Shown: positions 49,053 to 59,015 of the stretch, piece after piece
Layout: each line of letters starts with the position of its first letter
How positions within the stretch are numbered: position 1 is the stretch's first letter
Source of the DNA: an uncultured delta proteobacterium
GTDB taxonomy: Bacteria > Myxococcota > Myxococcia > SLRQ01
DNA: 64,000 nt
Assembly: GCA_963727485.1 (NCBI GenBank)
Contig: CAVSGM010000003.1
Coordinates: forward strand, 608,001-672,000
Direction: 5' to 3'
Notes under the pieces: generated by a model
What the model saw: the letters and a program-made list of their open reading frames with translations, nothing else
Told to the model about the DNA's origin: nothing
The model's database searches: none
Made by a program: the position numbers and the translations under genes

Positions 49053-49154
49053 CGCTTCGAGGGTAATCCCAATCGAGGCGGCGGACGAGGCCAGTGGCGC
49101 TGGCGTCCCGCGCCCGGCCGGAGTATCTAACAGCTTGCAAGCGCGGAGCCGACC

Positions 49155-49661
49155 ATGTTCAACCTGGGATTCAGCGAGGTGGTGGTCATCCTCGTCCTCG
49201 CGCTGATTCTCCTTGGGCCCAGCAAGCTCCCCGACCTGGCCCGGAGCATCGGCAAGGGGATGCGGGAGATCAAGAAGGCCACCGACGACCTCAAGGGCGT
49301 CTGGGACGAGGAGGTCTCGGACACCCTCCGGGACGAGGTCCCGCGTCTCAAGCCGCCGGACATCCGGGCCGCGGCGCGCCAGGCCCTCGATCAGGCCTGG
49401 CCCGACGACCTCCCCGGGCGCCCCGGGCCCGGGAACCAGGCTGCGTCCGAGGACCACGGTCCCGAGGTCGCCGATCCCGGCGGCCCGCACCTGCCGGGGC
49501 CCGCCGCAGCCCCGCGGCTGACCGCCGACGCCGCCACGTCCCAGGCCGCCGACGCCCCCGCCGCAGCACCCGCCGGCGCAGCCGCCGCAGCACCCGCCGG
49601 CGGCGTCGACCCCGCGCCTGATGCCTCGGAGCCCCCAGGTGGCGACAAGCACTCAGCCTAG
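49155..49661 (+). CDS. tatB: Twin-arginine translocase TatA/TatB subunit
   Basis: [34 protein letters not shown]. Lies directly upstream of tatC. Confidence 0.88.
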   Translation: MFNLGFSEVVVILVLALILLGPSKLPDLARSIGKGMREIKKATDDLKGVWDEEVSDTLRDEVPRLKPPDIRAAARQALDQAWPDDLPGRPGPGNQAASEDHGPEVADPGGPHLPGPAAAPRLTADAATSQAADAPAAAPAGAAAAAPAGGVDPAPDASEPPGGDKHSA

Positions 49662-50478
49662 ACCGCCGGCCGCCGAGCCCGAGGCGCCGGGCCTCCAACT
49701 CACCTTCCTCGAGCACCTCGAGGAGCTGCGCACCCGGATCATCCACGCGGTGATCGCCTTCGGCGTGGCGCTCATCGTCGGCTGGTTCCTCGCCCCGCAC
49801 CTCTTCCACTGGCTGATGCTGCCGGTGCTCGACGCCCTGCCCAAGGGCGACCAGTCGCTGGTCTACACCTCGGCCATGGAGACCTTCTTCGTCCTCCTGA
49901 AGGTCGATCTCTACGCCAGCATCTTCATCGCCGCGCCGGTCTTCCTCTTCGAGCTGTGGAAGTTCGTGGCCCCGGGCCTCTACGCCCGGGAGCGGCGGAT
50001 GGTGCTGCCCTTCGTCCTCTCGGGGACGGTGATGTTCATCGGCGGCGCCATCTTCGCCTACTACGTCATCCTCCCCAACGCCTTCGAGTTCCTGCTCCAG
50101 TTCAACAACTCCCTGAGCTGGACCACGCCGATGCTGACGCTCAAGGAGCAGCTCTCGCTGGTGCTCTTCCTCGAGCTCGCCTTCGGCGCCATCTTCGAGA
50201 TCCCGCTGCTCATCGCCTTCCTGGCGCTCATCGGGATCATCGACGCCAAGATGCTCTCCAAGTACCGGCGCCAGGCCATCGTCGGCGCCGCCGTCTTCGC
50301 CGCGGTCCTCACCCCCACCACCGACCCCTTCAACATGACCCTGATGTTCGTGCCCACCTACCTCTTCTACGAGGTGGGCATCTTCCTGGCGCGGATCATC
50401 GGGTCGCGTCGCGCCGAGCGCGCCGCCGCCATCGCCGCCGAGGAGGCGGGGTACGTGGACGCCGGCGACGACCGGTAG
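49639..50478 (+). CDS. tatC: Twin-arginine translocase subunit TatC
   Basis: [27 protein letters not shown] and [10 protein letters not shown]. Start at GTG 49639 (or ATG 49621). Confidence 0.95.
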   Translation: MATSTQPRPPAAEPEAPGLQLTFLEHLEELRTRIIHAVIAFGVALIVGWFLAPHLFHWLMLPVLDALPKGDQSLVYTSAMETFFVLLKVDLYASIFIAAPVFLFELWKFVAPGLYARERRMVLPFVLSGTVMFIGGAIFAYYVILPNAFEFLLQFNNSLSWTTPMLTLKEQLSLVLFLELAFGAIFEIPLLIAFLALIGIIDAKMLSKYRRQAIVGAAVFAAVLTPTTDPFNMTLMFVPTYLFYEVGIFLARIIGSRRAERAAAIAAEEAGYVDAGDDR

Positions 50479-50624
50479 GCCAGGGCCACCGCCGGGGGCA
50501 GGCGTCGGGTCGGGTGGTAGGCTTCCGTCCGGGTGCCCCCCCCCGGGAGCCCCTGGCCCTGCTCTGGTCGCCCCACCGCCGGCGCTCCGACGACGAGGCC
50601 GGTGACGCCGAGGCCCTGGCGGCG

Positions 50625-51029
50625 ATGCTCCCGGGGCACGGGTTCCGGGTGCTCGCGGCGCTGACCGCGCCCCTGGCCGTCCTGGGGGTGCTCCTCGCCG
50701 GCGCGGTCGTCGCCGCTTTCGGCCGGGCCGGCCTCTTCGGCTGGTCCTTCGTGGCGGTGTGGATGGCGCCGCCGGTGGCGCTGCGGACCGGGGCCCTCCT
50801 CCTCGGCGCCTGGGCCGTGGCCCCGATCCTCCACGCCGACGCCCGGTGGCTGCGCCAGCACGCGGGCTACGTCGTGGGCCTGCTCTTCTCGGAGCTCCTG
50901 CTCCACGCGAGCGGCCGGGCGGGCATGGACATCGACCGCCCCAACGTCATGAACGTGCTCTTCCACTGGAGCGCGGTGTACCTCGGCGCCATCGTCGGCG
51001 GGGTCATGTGGTGGCGTCGTCGCCACTGA
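50625..51029 (+). CDS. Hypothetical membrane protein
   Basis: About 4 hydrophobic segments, host-like codon usage. Start uncertain. Confidence 0.45.
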   Translation: MLPGHGFRVLAALTAPLAVLGVLLAGAVVAAFGRAGLFGWSFVAVWMAPPVALRTGALLLGAWAVAPILHADARWLRQHAGYVVGLLFSELLLHASGRAGMDIDRPNVMNVLFHWSAVYLGAIVGGVMWWRRRH

Positions 51030-52326
51030 GGCCGGCGAGGATCTCCCGCGCCCGCTCCACCCGGAAGCACTTCTCGCGCTGGAGCTCGGAAGCGACCTGG
51101 AGGACCTGGTCGCCCTCGGCGCCGGCCTCGATGGCCACGGTCCGGGCGTGGAGCGCCATGTGGCCCCGCTGGATCCCGTCGGTGGCCAGCGCCTTGAGGG
51201 CGGCGAGGTTGCTGGCGAGGCCCACCGCGGCGCCGAGGCCGGCGAGGTCCCGGCCGCCTGTGACCTGGCTCATCTTCAGGGCCAGGCGCACCCCGGGGTG
51301 GGCCCGGGCGGCGCCGCCGACGATGCCCACGGCCAGCGGCAGCTCGGCGACGCCCTCGAGGAAGCCGTCGGCGCCGGCGCGCCACACCGCCAGGGGCCCG
51401 TACTGCCCCGAGCGCGCGGCGTAGGCGTGGGCGGCGGCCTCGGCGGCGCGCCAGTCCTGACCGGTGGCCAGCAGCACCGCGTCGAGGCCGTTCATGAAGC
51501 CCTTGTTGTGGGTCACCGCCCGGTAGGGGTCGACCTCGGCGAAGTGGCTGGCGGCGACGATGCGGTCCACCACCACGCCGCCGTCGGGCCAGCGGCTGTC
51601 GCGCAGGGACTCGGGGGCCACCCGGCAGGTCACCCGCACCAGGCGCTTGTCGGCGTAGTTGGAGAGGATCCGCAGGCCCGCCTCGCCGCCGGTGATGGCC
51701 TCGAGGTGGGGGGCCAGGCCCTCGGCCACGGTGTTGAGGAGGTTGGCGCCCATGGCGTCGAGGCAGTCGACGAGGACGTGGACGCAGAGGGTCCCGGTCC
51801 GGGCGCCCTCGGCAGGGGGGAGCACCCGGGTCTCGATCCCGCGGGTCCCGCCCCCGCGGCGGACCATGTTGGGGATGAAGGCGTTGGCCTCCTCCACCAG
51901 GGTCTCGGCCTCGGCGGCGACCTTCCGGGCCGCGGCCTCGGGGTCGAGGAGGCCGACGATCTGCACCTGCGCGGCCATCACCGACTCGGTGGTCTCGACC
52001 TCGAAGCCCCCGGCGTCGCGCACCAGCCGGGCGGCATTCGACGCCGCGGCGACCACGCTGGGCTCCTCCACCGCCATCGGGGCCACCCGCTCGGTGCCGT
52101 CGATGAGGAGGTTGAGGCACAGGCCGAGCGGCAGGCCGTGGACCCCGATGACGTTCTCGCTCATCCCGTCGGCGATGGTGAGGTCGAAGCCCCCTGCGGC
52201 GCCGGGGCCGGAGAGGGTGGCGGCCTCCTCGGTGGTGAGCCAGCCCGCGCTCACCAGGCGCTCGAGGCGCTCGGCCAGCGGGAGCTTGTAGAACCCGGGA
52301 AGACGTGCGGTTCGCTGCTTGGTCAT
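51004..52326 (-). CDS. mvaA: Hydroxymethylglutaryl-CoA reductase, class II
   Basis: ENVIG, PMAVEEPSVVAAAS, DAMGAN, ILSN, THNKGFMNG, TGQDWRA and GIQRGHMALH. Confidence 0.95.
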   Translation of the reverse strand: MTKQRTARLPGFYKLPLAERLERLVSAGWLTTEEAATLSGPGAAGGFDLTIADGMSENVIGVHGLPLGLCLNLLIDGTERVAPMAVEEPSVVAAASNAARLVRDAGGFEVETTESVMAAQVQIVGLLDPEAAARKVAAEAETLVEEANAFIPNMVRRGGGTRGIETRVLPPAEGARTGTLCVHVLVDCLDAMGANLLNTVAEGLAPHLEAITGGEAGLRILSNYADKRLVRVTCRVAPESLRDSRWPDGGVVVDRIVAASHFAEVDPYRAVTHNKGFMNGLDAVLLATGQDWRAAEAAAHAYAARSGQYGPLAVWRAGADGFLEGVAELPLAVGIVGGAARAHPGVRLALKMSQVTGGRDLAGLGAAVGLASNLAALKALATDGIQRGHMALHARTVAIEAGAEGDQVLQVASELQREKCFRVERAREILAGLSGDDATT

Positions 52327-52336
52327 GACGCTGCCT

Positions 52337-53300
52337 TCACGCGGCGCCGGTGAGACCGGCGGAGTCGAGGTGGAGGTCGAGGACCTCGAGGCCCTTGGCC
52401 TCGAGGGCCGACCGGACGCGCGGTCGGTCGGCGGGGTCGACGTCGGGGACGAAGACCAGGAGGAGGTCGCCGGCGCCGGCGCCCGAGGGCTTCACCGCGC
52501 CGTCGAACCCGGCGGCGGCGTCCCGGGCGGCGGCCAGCGCCTCCCGGCCGGCACCGGCACCGAGCTCGGCGAGGTCGGCGATCCGGGCGAGGAGGGCGTC
52601 GGCGTCGCGTACGGCCCGGGCGACGCCCAGGCCGCTGCGCAGCCGCGCGGAGAGGACGCTGCCGGCGGCGGCGGCGTCCTCGAGGACGGCGCGGCCTTCG
52701 GGGCCCTCGAAGCGGGCGAGGGCCCGGGCGGTGGACACCGGGGTGCCCCCGGCGACCACCAGGGGCAGCGAGGTCTCGGGGAGCGCGATGCCCTCGGCCA
52801 CCAGGGCGTCGTCGCCCCGGCCCGGGTCCCGGAAGCGCACCACGCCCCCGAGGACGGCGGTGGCCACGTCGGCGCCGCTCCCGCCTCGGGCGGCGCGGTG
52901 GGCGGCGCGGGCGGCGAGGAGGACGCGGCGGCGGACCTCGGGGTCGTCGAGGTCGTGGCCGGCGGCGGCGAACACGCTCCCGGTGACACACGCGATCCAG
53001 GCGGCGCTGGAGCCGAGGCCGAGCTTCTTGTCTCCGGCGTGGAGGGCGGCGGTGTCGACCACCGGTACCCCCGGGGGGAGCGACGCGGGGTCGGCCCCGG
53101 CGGCGGCACGTCGCGGCGTCGAAGAACGCCCGGGCCTCGGGGGTGGCCTCGGCGTCCGAGGCGCCGGTGGCGACCCCGTGGCGGTCGACGGCCATCACCA
53201 GGCCGGTGCCCCCGGCGAGGAGGCCGTACTCCCCGGAGAGGACCACCTTCCCCGGGGCGCGCACCCGGGGCCAGGGCGCGGCGTGGGTGGCGACGGCCAT
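52337..53300 (-). CDS. Phosphomevalonate kinase-like GHMP kinase (apparent frameshift at ~53060-53110)
   Basis: APGKVVLSGEY in one frame. KLGLGSSAA, GSGADVA and KPSGAGAGD in the next. Position inside the MVA operon. Confidence 0.8.
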
Positions 53301-54361
53301 CACCGCGTGCCTCCGGCCCGGCCCCAGGGGGCCTGGGGATCGACCTCGTGGCTGACGACCTCGAGGGGCCCGCCCACGGCGGTGACCCGGACGGTCTGGA
53401 CCCCGCGCACCGAGAGGAGGGCGGCCTTCACCGTCTCCTCGTCCTCGGGCAGGCAGATGACCTTCACGTTGGGGCCGGCGTCGGCGGTGAACGCCGCCAG
53501 GGTCCCGCTCTTCCGCAGGGCCCAGACCTCGTGCATCACCTCGATGGAGGGGCCCCGGAGGAACTGCACCGGGGGCCGCGAGGTGGCGGTGAGGGCGTGG
53601 AGCTTGAGGGCCGAGTGCTCGGCGATGCTCGCCAGCTGCTCCAGGTCCCGGCCCTCGATGGCGTCCCGGCACTCGGCGAGGTCGGCGCCCCAGGTGTCGA
53701 GCCAGGCGGGGTAGTAGGGCGAGGTGGCGGCGGTGCGGGCCATGGCCGGGGTGGAGCCGATGGGCTTGTAGCCGGCGTCGACCACGACCACCAGCACCCG
53801 CAGGTCCCAGTGGCGCTCGGTGGCGACCTGGGCGGTGCGGGCGTCCCAGGTGCCGTCGTCCGCCTGGTAGGGCACCAGCTCCACGAAGCCCCCGTGGATG
53901 GACCGGGCGGCGGACGCCGAGCCCAGGCGGGCGAGGCCGGCGAGCTCGTCGTGGCTCGCCTCGATGCCCGCGGCCTTCACCGCGGCGCCGGCCAGCGCCG
54001 CGAAGCCCGAGGCCGAGGAGGCGAGCCCCGCGGCGGTGGGGAAGTAGTTCACGGTGCGCACCGAGGCGGCGCCCAGCGGCCGGCCGTGGTCGGTGCCCAG
54101 CTGGCGGACCCGGTCGAGGAAGGCGGCGACCCGGGCGGACTCGCGCCCGGTGGCGGTGCGGCCGTCGAGGACCACCAGGTCCTCGCCTTCGCGCTCGGAG
54201 AAGGCCACGGTGGTCTCGGTGGTCAGGGCCGAGAGGGTCACCGAGAGGGACCCGGTGGCGGGGACCCGGCGGGCCTCGTCGACCTTGCCCCAGTACTTCA
54301 CCAGGGCGACGTTGGCGCAGGCGCGGGAGGTGGCGGCGACGGGACGATCGATGAGCTTCAT
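53300..54361 (-). CDS. mvaD: Diphosphomevalonate decarboxylase
   Basis: NVALVKYWGK, SLSVTL, NYFPTAAGLASSASGFAAL, RLGSASAARS and DAGPNVK. Confidence 0.95.
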   Translation of the reverse strand: MKLIDRPVAATSRACANVALVKYWGKVDEARRVPATGSLSVTLSALTTETTVAFSEREGEDLVVLDGRTATGRESARVAAFLDRVRQLGTDHGRPLGAASVRTVNYFPTAAGLASSASGFAALAGAAVKAAGIEASHDELAGLARLGSASAARSIHGGFVELVPYQADDGTWDARTAQVATERHWDLRVLVVVVDAGYKPIGSTPAMARTAATSPYYPAWLDTWGADLAECRDAIEGRDLEQLASIAEHSALKLHALTATSRPPVQFLRGPSIEVMHEVWALRKSGTLAAFTADAGPNVKVICLPEDEETVKAALLSVRGVQTVRVTAVGGPLEVVSHEVDPQAPWGRAGGTR

Positions 54362-55296
54362 GACGTGGCCACCGCGGCGAGAGGGAAGCTCCGGGCCCAG
54401 CGGCTCTGCGCGGTGAGGGCCCGGAGAACGTGGGGGGCGCGGGCGGGGCGGGCAAGGGCGACGACGCAGCCGCCGCCCCCGGCGCCGGTGAGCTTGACGC
54501 CCAGGGCCCCGGCGGCGTGGGCGGCGGCGCAGGCGGCCTCGAGGCCGGGGGTGCCGAGGCCGAGTCGCACCAGGTGGGTCTGGGCCTCGTCCATGGCCGC
54601 GCCGAGGGCCGCGAGCTCGCCTTTGGCGAGCTGGTCCGGGGCGGCGGCGGCGAGCGCCCCGAGGCGGGCGTAGGCGTCGGCGCCCTCGGCGTCGGCGTCG
54701 CGATGCTGGCGGACGCGCTCGATCATCTCCCGGGTCGGGGGCCGGTCGCCAGTGTCGGCGACGACGAGGACGAAGCGGGCGCCGGGGACCACGGGGGCGA
54801 GGCCCTCGCCTGTGCGGAAGACCCCCACGCCCCCGGCGGCGGCGACGGCGGCGTCGGCGCCGGAGGGGCGGCCGTGGAAGACCGACTCGGATCCGGCGGC
54901 GAGCTCGGCGGCCACCTTGGCGGCGGCGAGGTCGTGGCGCCCCCCGGCCCGGGCGACGGCCCGGAGGACGGCGACGGCGAGCGCCGCCGAGCTCCCCAGG
55001 CCCACGCTCGGGGGCACCCCGGCCTCGACGTTCACCAGGACCTGCCGGTCGCGCTCGGGGAGCCCGGCGGCGGCCAGGGCGGCGTCGAGGGCGGCCAGGG
55101 CCCGGGCGGGGGCGTCGCCCTCGGGGTCGGCCTCGGCCTCGAGGTCCCAGGGGCGCACCGACACCCGGAGGGCCTCGGCGCGCTTGACCACCCGGGCGGT
55201 CATCCCGGCGGCGAGGCCGGCGACGAGCGCCGGGGCGCCCTCGACCACCACGTGCTCGCCGAGGAGGATGGTTTTGGCGTAGGCGTCTCCGGTCAT
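54358..55296 (-). CDS. mvk: Mevalonate kinase
   Basis: KTILLGEHVVVEG, PPSVGLGSSAA, HGRPSGAD and KLTGAGGGGC. Confidence 0.92.
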   Translation of the reverse strand: MTGDAYAKTILLGEHVVVEGAPALVAGLAAGMTARVVKRAEALRVSVRPWDLEAEADPEGDAPARALAALDAALAAAGLPERDRQVLVNVEAGVPPSVGLGSSAALAVAVLRAVARAGGRHDLAAAKVAAELAAGSESVFHGRPSGADAAVAAAGGVGVFRTGEGLAPVVPGARFVLVVADTGDRPPTREMIERVRQHRDADAEGADAYARLGALAAAAPDQLAKGELAALGAAMDEAQTHLVRLGLGTPGLEAACAAAHAAGALGVKLTGAGGGGCVVALARPARAPHVLRALTAQSRWARSFPLAAVATS

Positions 55297-56366
55297 CGTG
55301 ATGGCTCCGTGAGGGGGTCCCAGGCGGCGAGCCGGGGCCCGAGGACCTTGGGGGCCCGCCACAGGTCGTGGACCTTTGCCGAGCCGGTGAGCAGGCAGAT
55401 GGCGCGCAGGCCGTCGACGAGGCCCTGGAGGAACGTGCGCGCGCCCTCGGGGCCACCTTCGCGGTAGGCGACGAGGACCGGCTGGGCGAAGGCGCAGGCG
55501 TAGGCGCCCAGCGCGATGGCCCGGGCGGCGTCGAGGGCGGTGCGCAGGCCCCCCCCGGCCACGCGCACCAGCGGCAGGCCCTGGAGGAGCAGAAGCGAGG
55601 CCCCCGTGGGGATGCCCCACTCGCCCAGGAGCTCGCCGACCCAGGCCCGGGCGGGGTCGCGCTCGGCCTCGACGCGGACCCAGGAGGTGCCGCCGGCGCC
55701 GCTGACCTCGACCCGCTCGACGCCGGCGGCCATCAGCGCCACGGCCGCCTCCCGGGAGAGGCCGCAGCCGGTCTCCTTGACCACCACCGGGACCTCGAGG
55801 TGCTGGACCAGGGTCCGCACGGCGTCGAGGCCGCCGCGGAAGTCCCGGTCGCCGGCGGCCTGGGTGAGCTCCTGGGCGGGGTTCAAGTGCAGCGCCAGGC
55901 CGTCGGCGTCCACGGCGCGGACCAGCTCGGCGACCTTCTCCGGCCCCAGGTCCCGGGCCTGGACCAGGCCCAGGTTCCCCAGGATGGGTACGTTCGGCGC
56001 CTGCTGGCGCACCCGGAAGCTCTCGGCGAGCCCGGGCTGCTCGGCCATGGGCCGCTGGCTGCCCAGGCAGAAGCCCAGGCCCAGGTCCTCGGCGACGGCG
56101 GCGAGGTCGGCGTTGGTCCGGGCGGCGGTGTCGGTGCCGCCGGTCATGGCCCCGATGAGGATGGGGGCCTTCAGGGTGCGGCCGAGCCACTCCACCGAGA
56201 GGTCGACCTCGTCGAGGGCGCGCTCGGGGAGGGCCTGGTGGACCAGGTGGACCTCCTCCAGGAGGGTCGTCGCCTCGCGGAAGGCGCCGCGCCCGCTGGC
56301 GGTGATCTCGAGGTGGGCGTTCTTGCGCGCCTGGATGTCGTCGGTGGGGGCCACGCAGTGCGTCAT
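55293..56366 (-). CDS. fni: Type 2 isopentenyl-diphosphate isomerase
   Basis: RKNAH, HQALPE, IGAMTGG, GSQR, HLNPAQE, VKETGCG, GAGGTSW and WGIPT. Start ATG 56366 or GTG 56354. Confidence 0.95.
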   Translation of the reverse strand: MTHCVAPTDDIQARKNAHLEITASGRGAFREATTLLEEVHLVHQALPERALDEVDLSVEWLGRTLKAPILIGAMTGGTDTAARTNADLAAVAEDLGLGFCLGSQRPMAEQPGLAESFRVRQQAPNVPILGNLGLVQARDLGPEKVAELVRAVDADGLALHLNPAQELTQAAGDRDFRGGLDAVRTLVQHLEVPVVVKETGCGLSREAAVALMAAGVERVEVSGAGGTSWVRVEAERDPARAWVGELLGEWGIPTGASLLLLQGLPLVRVAGGGLRTALDAARAIALGAYACAFAQPVLVAYREGGPEGARTFLQGLVDGLRAICLLTGSAKVHDLWRAPKVLGPRLAAWDPLTEPSR

Positions 56367-56746
56367 ACCGTGTCGGGACGGGGAGGTAAACGGCGGGTCC
56401 CCAGCGTCGGTGCAAAGGTCGCGCCGGGGGGCTTCGACCCCCGGGGCACGGGGCTTCAACAGCCGGCGGTCGCTGGTTTCGTCCACGGCGTGGACGTGGG
56501 GCGACAACGGCGTGGTCGGCGGGCCGCGGTCGGGCTGGGGGTGGAGCGGGGCATGTACGGGATGGCGTCGATGGGTTGGTGCATGTATAGGGTCTGCACA
56601 ACTATTACTGCAACTGGTGCAGACACCCCACATCCCCGGTGCCCAGGGGTAAGGACGGCGGCGTGGACGGTCCCGGACCCGGCTGCTAGCTTCGCGCGTT
56701 CTTAGCCGGTGGCGAGGATGCCACCGGGACGCAAGTGGAGGCAGTG

Positions 56747-58756
56747 ATGCGCGAAGTGAACCTCGGGCCCGCGAGTCGGCTCGGTACGTGGTGTGTGGTC
56801 CTGGCGGCCGCAGTCGTCCTGGCGGGGTGCGGCAACTCCAACGGAGCCGCGCTGGAGCCGACCTGCGGCACCGGCGAGGTGGCCTGTGGGAGCGGCAGCG
56901 CGGCCTACTGCGCCAACCTCCAGAACGACAACGCCAACTGCGGGTCGTGCGGCAGCGCCTGCCCCACCGGCCAGGCGTGCACCAACGGGACCTGCGCGGC
57001 GAGCTGCGGCACCGGGATGACCAAGTGCGGCACCGGCCAGGCCGCCTACTGCGCCAACCTGGACAGCGACAACGCCAACTGCGGGGCCTGCGGGACGGTC
57101 TGCCCGGCGGGCGAGGCCTGCACCGGCGGCGCCTGCGCGGTGACCTGCGGGGGCGGCCTCACCGAGTGCGGCACCGGCGGCACGGCCTTCTGCGCCAACC
57201 TCCAGAGCGACAACCTCGACTGCGGGAGCTGCGGGAACGCCTGCCCGGCGGGGACGGTGTGCGCCGGCGGGACCTGCGGCGTCACCTGCAGCCCCCCGAT
57301 GGCCGCGTGCCCCAGCGCCAACGGCAAGACCTGCGTGGACCTGAAGACCGATGACCACAACTGCGGCAGCTGTGGGGCCACCTGCGTCGCCTCCACCGCC
57401 TGCGTGAACGGGACCTGCTGCACCGCCACCACCTGGTTCCAGGACGCCGACGGCGACGGCTTCGGCAACCCGGCGGTCACCAAGACCGCCTGCCCCCAGC
57501 CCGACGGGTATGTCGCGGACAACACCGACTGCGACGACACCAACCCCAACGTCTACCCGGGGGCCACCGAGATCTGCGACGGGGTCCAGGACGACTGCGC
57601 CAACACGGCCTGGACCAGCGACGCGGGCCTGGCGACCTTCATGGACGGCACCGGGGCCATCACCGACTGGTCGTCGAAGCTCGCCGCCGGGACCCAGGCC
57701 ACCCCGGTGACCATCGCCCTGGACACCGAGGGCACCCTCAACGTCTGCGGGGGGACCTGGTACGCCGGGTTCACCGTCGGGGCCAACGTCGCCATCGTCG
57801 GCCACGGCGGGCGGGACGCCGTCATCCTCGACGGCGGGGACCAGCAGCGGGTGGTCACCAGCCCCAGCGGCGGCACCGCCTACGCCCTCGAGCTCTCGGG
57901 CGTGACCCTGGCCCACGGGAAGTCCACCGCCAACGGCGGCGCCATGCGCCTCCTCAACGCCGGCCAGGTGAAGCTCACCGACGTGGCGGTGACGGCCAGC
58001 ACCGCCGTCAACGGCGGCGGGATCTACGCCCTGTCTCCGCTGGACCTGGAGCGGGTTTCGATCTCGGGCAACACCGCCGTCGACTCGGGGGGCGGCCTGC
58101 TCACCGTGGGCGCGGTGACCGCCGACTGGCTCCAGATCACCGGCAACCAGGCCACGGCCGCCCAGGGCGGCAACGGGTACGGCGGCGGCTGGGTGATCGA
58201 CGACACGGCCCCGGTGACCCTCACCGTCTCCAACCTCAGCGTGGATCGGAACACCGCCCTCCAGGGCGGGGGGATCCTGGTGCGGGGCCTCAACTCGGCG
58301 CCGCCGACGCTCACGGTCACCGGGGGCGAGATCAGCGGCAACAGCGCGGTGAGGCGCGGCGGCGGCCTGTGGATGTCCCAGGGCGACGTCACCCTCACCG
58401 GCCTGACCATGGTGGGCAACCGCGCCGACACCGGCAACCTCGCGGTCACCCTGGCGATCTTCGGCGGCGCCGCCAACGTCAGCGCCGGCACCCTCACCTT
58501 GAACGGGTGCACCGTGCAGGACAACGTCGACGAGTACGGCACCCCGCCCGGGGTGGGCGGCATCTGGACCAAGGGCACCCTGAAGGTGACCGACTCCCAC
58601 TTCGGGTACAACTGCATCTGGCTGCTCTCGACCCACGTCTGCGTGACCCCGTCGTCGAACCTCACCGCGGCCGACGTGGTGAGCGGGACCTCGAACAACG
58701 CCTACGTGCTGAGCGACCCGGCCAACGTGACCTGCGACGCCCAGAGCTGCCAGTAG
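56747..58756 (+). CDS. Cys-rich surface lipoprotein: four 47-aa Cys repeats, MopE-like metal-binding motif, Pmp-like beta-helix
   Basis: Lipobox LAGC. DxxNCGxCGxxCxxGxxCxxGxC repeats, then WFQDADGDGFG...DCDD...PGATEICDGVQDDC, then NxAxxGGG(I/L) repeats. Confidence 0.85.
   Translation: MREVNLGPASRLGTWCVVLAAAVVLAGCGNSNGAALEPTCGTGEVACGSGSAAYCANLQNDNANCGSCGSACPTGQACTNGTCAASCGTGMTKCGTGQAAYCANLDSDNANCGACGTVCPAGEACTGGACAVTCGGGLTECGTGGTAFCANLQSDNLDCGSCGNACPAGTVCAGGTCGVTCSPPMAACPSANGKTCVDLKTDDHNCGSCGATCVASTACVNGTCCTATTWFQDADGDGFGNPAVTKTACPQPDGYVADNTDCDDTNPNVYPGATEICDGVQDDCANTAWTSDAGLATFMDGTGAITDWSSKLAAGTQATPVTIALDTEGTLNVCGGTWYAGFTVGANVAIVGHGGRDAVILDGGDQQRVVTSPSGGTAYALELSGVTLAHGKSTANGGAMRLLNAGQVKLTDVAVTASTAVNGGGIYALSPLDLERVSISGNTAVDSGGGLLTVGAVTADWLQITGNQATAAQGGNGYGGGWVIDDTAPVTLTVSNLSVDRNTALQGGGILVRGLNSAPPTLTVTGGEISGNSAVRRGGGLWMSQGDVTLTGLTMVGNRADTGNLAVTLAIFGGAANVSAGTLTLNGCTVQDNVDEYGTPPGVGGIWTKGTLKVTDSHFGYNCIWLLSTHVCVTPSSNLTAADVVSGTSNNAYVLSDPANVTCDAQSCQ
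56864..57420 (+). repeat. Four tandem 141-bp coding repeats (47-aa Cys-rich unit)
   Basis: Units begin at 56864, 57005, 57146 and 57287 (TGC codons exactly 141 nt apart), sharing TGCGCCAACCT...GACAAC...ACTGCGG in units 1-3. Unit 4 is more divergent. Confidence 0.9.
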
Positions 58757-59015
58757 CCCGTGTGCACCAGGGGAACAGGTGGGGAGGGTGCCAAGGCACG
58801 CTCCGCACCCTGACTTCAACGTGACCGCCGACCGCTAGCGGACCCTTGGCCCGGCCGACAAGGAGGCCAAGGAGGCCACCGCCGGCGGCCCCGAAGACTA
58901 CGGGGCCCCACAGGGCCGAGGTGACCGCCAGCCCCACGGCGACGCCGACGACCGGGAGGATCGTCGGGTCGATGGGGGTGCGCGTCGGCTCGTCGTCATA
59001 CTTCTCTACTTTCAT
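58662..59015 (-). CDS. Possible small membrane protein
   Basis: MKVEKYDDEPTRTPIDPTILPVVGVAVGLAVTSALWGPVVFGAAGGGLLGLLVG: glycine-zipper-like TM pair. The 3' end overlaps the convergent gene and is doubtful. Confidence 0.35.
   Translation of the reverse strand: MKVEKYDDEPTRTPIDPTILPVVGVAVGLAVTSALWGPVVFGAAGGGLLGLLVGRAKGPLAVGGHVEVRVRSVPWHPPHLFPWCTRATGSSGRRRSRWPGRSARRRCSRSRSPRRPR

Noticed and set aside
49561..49602. 18-bp direct repeat CCGCAGCACCCGCCGGCG in tatB
   Set aside because: Two copies inside a low-complexity Ala/Pro tail. Not a CRISPR repeat or an insertion-site duplication.
56864..57420. Regularly spaced repeats as a CRISPR array
   Set aside because: The 141-bp units are in-frame coding repeats with synonymous variation. 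No unique spacers and no cas genes.
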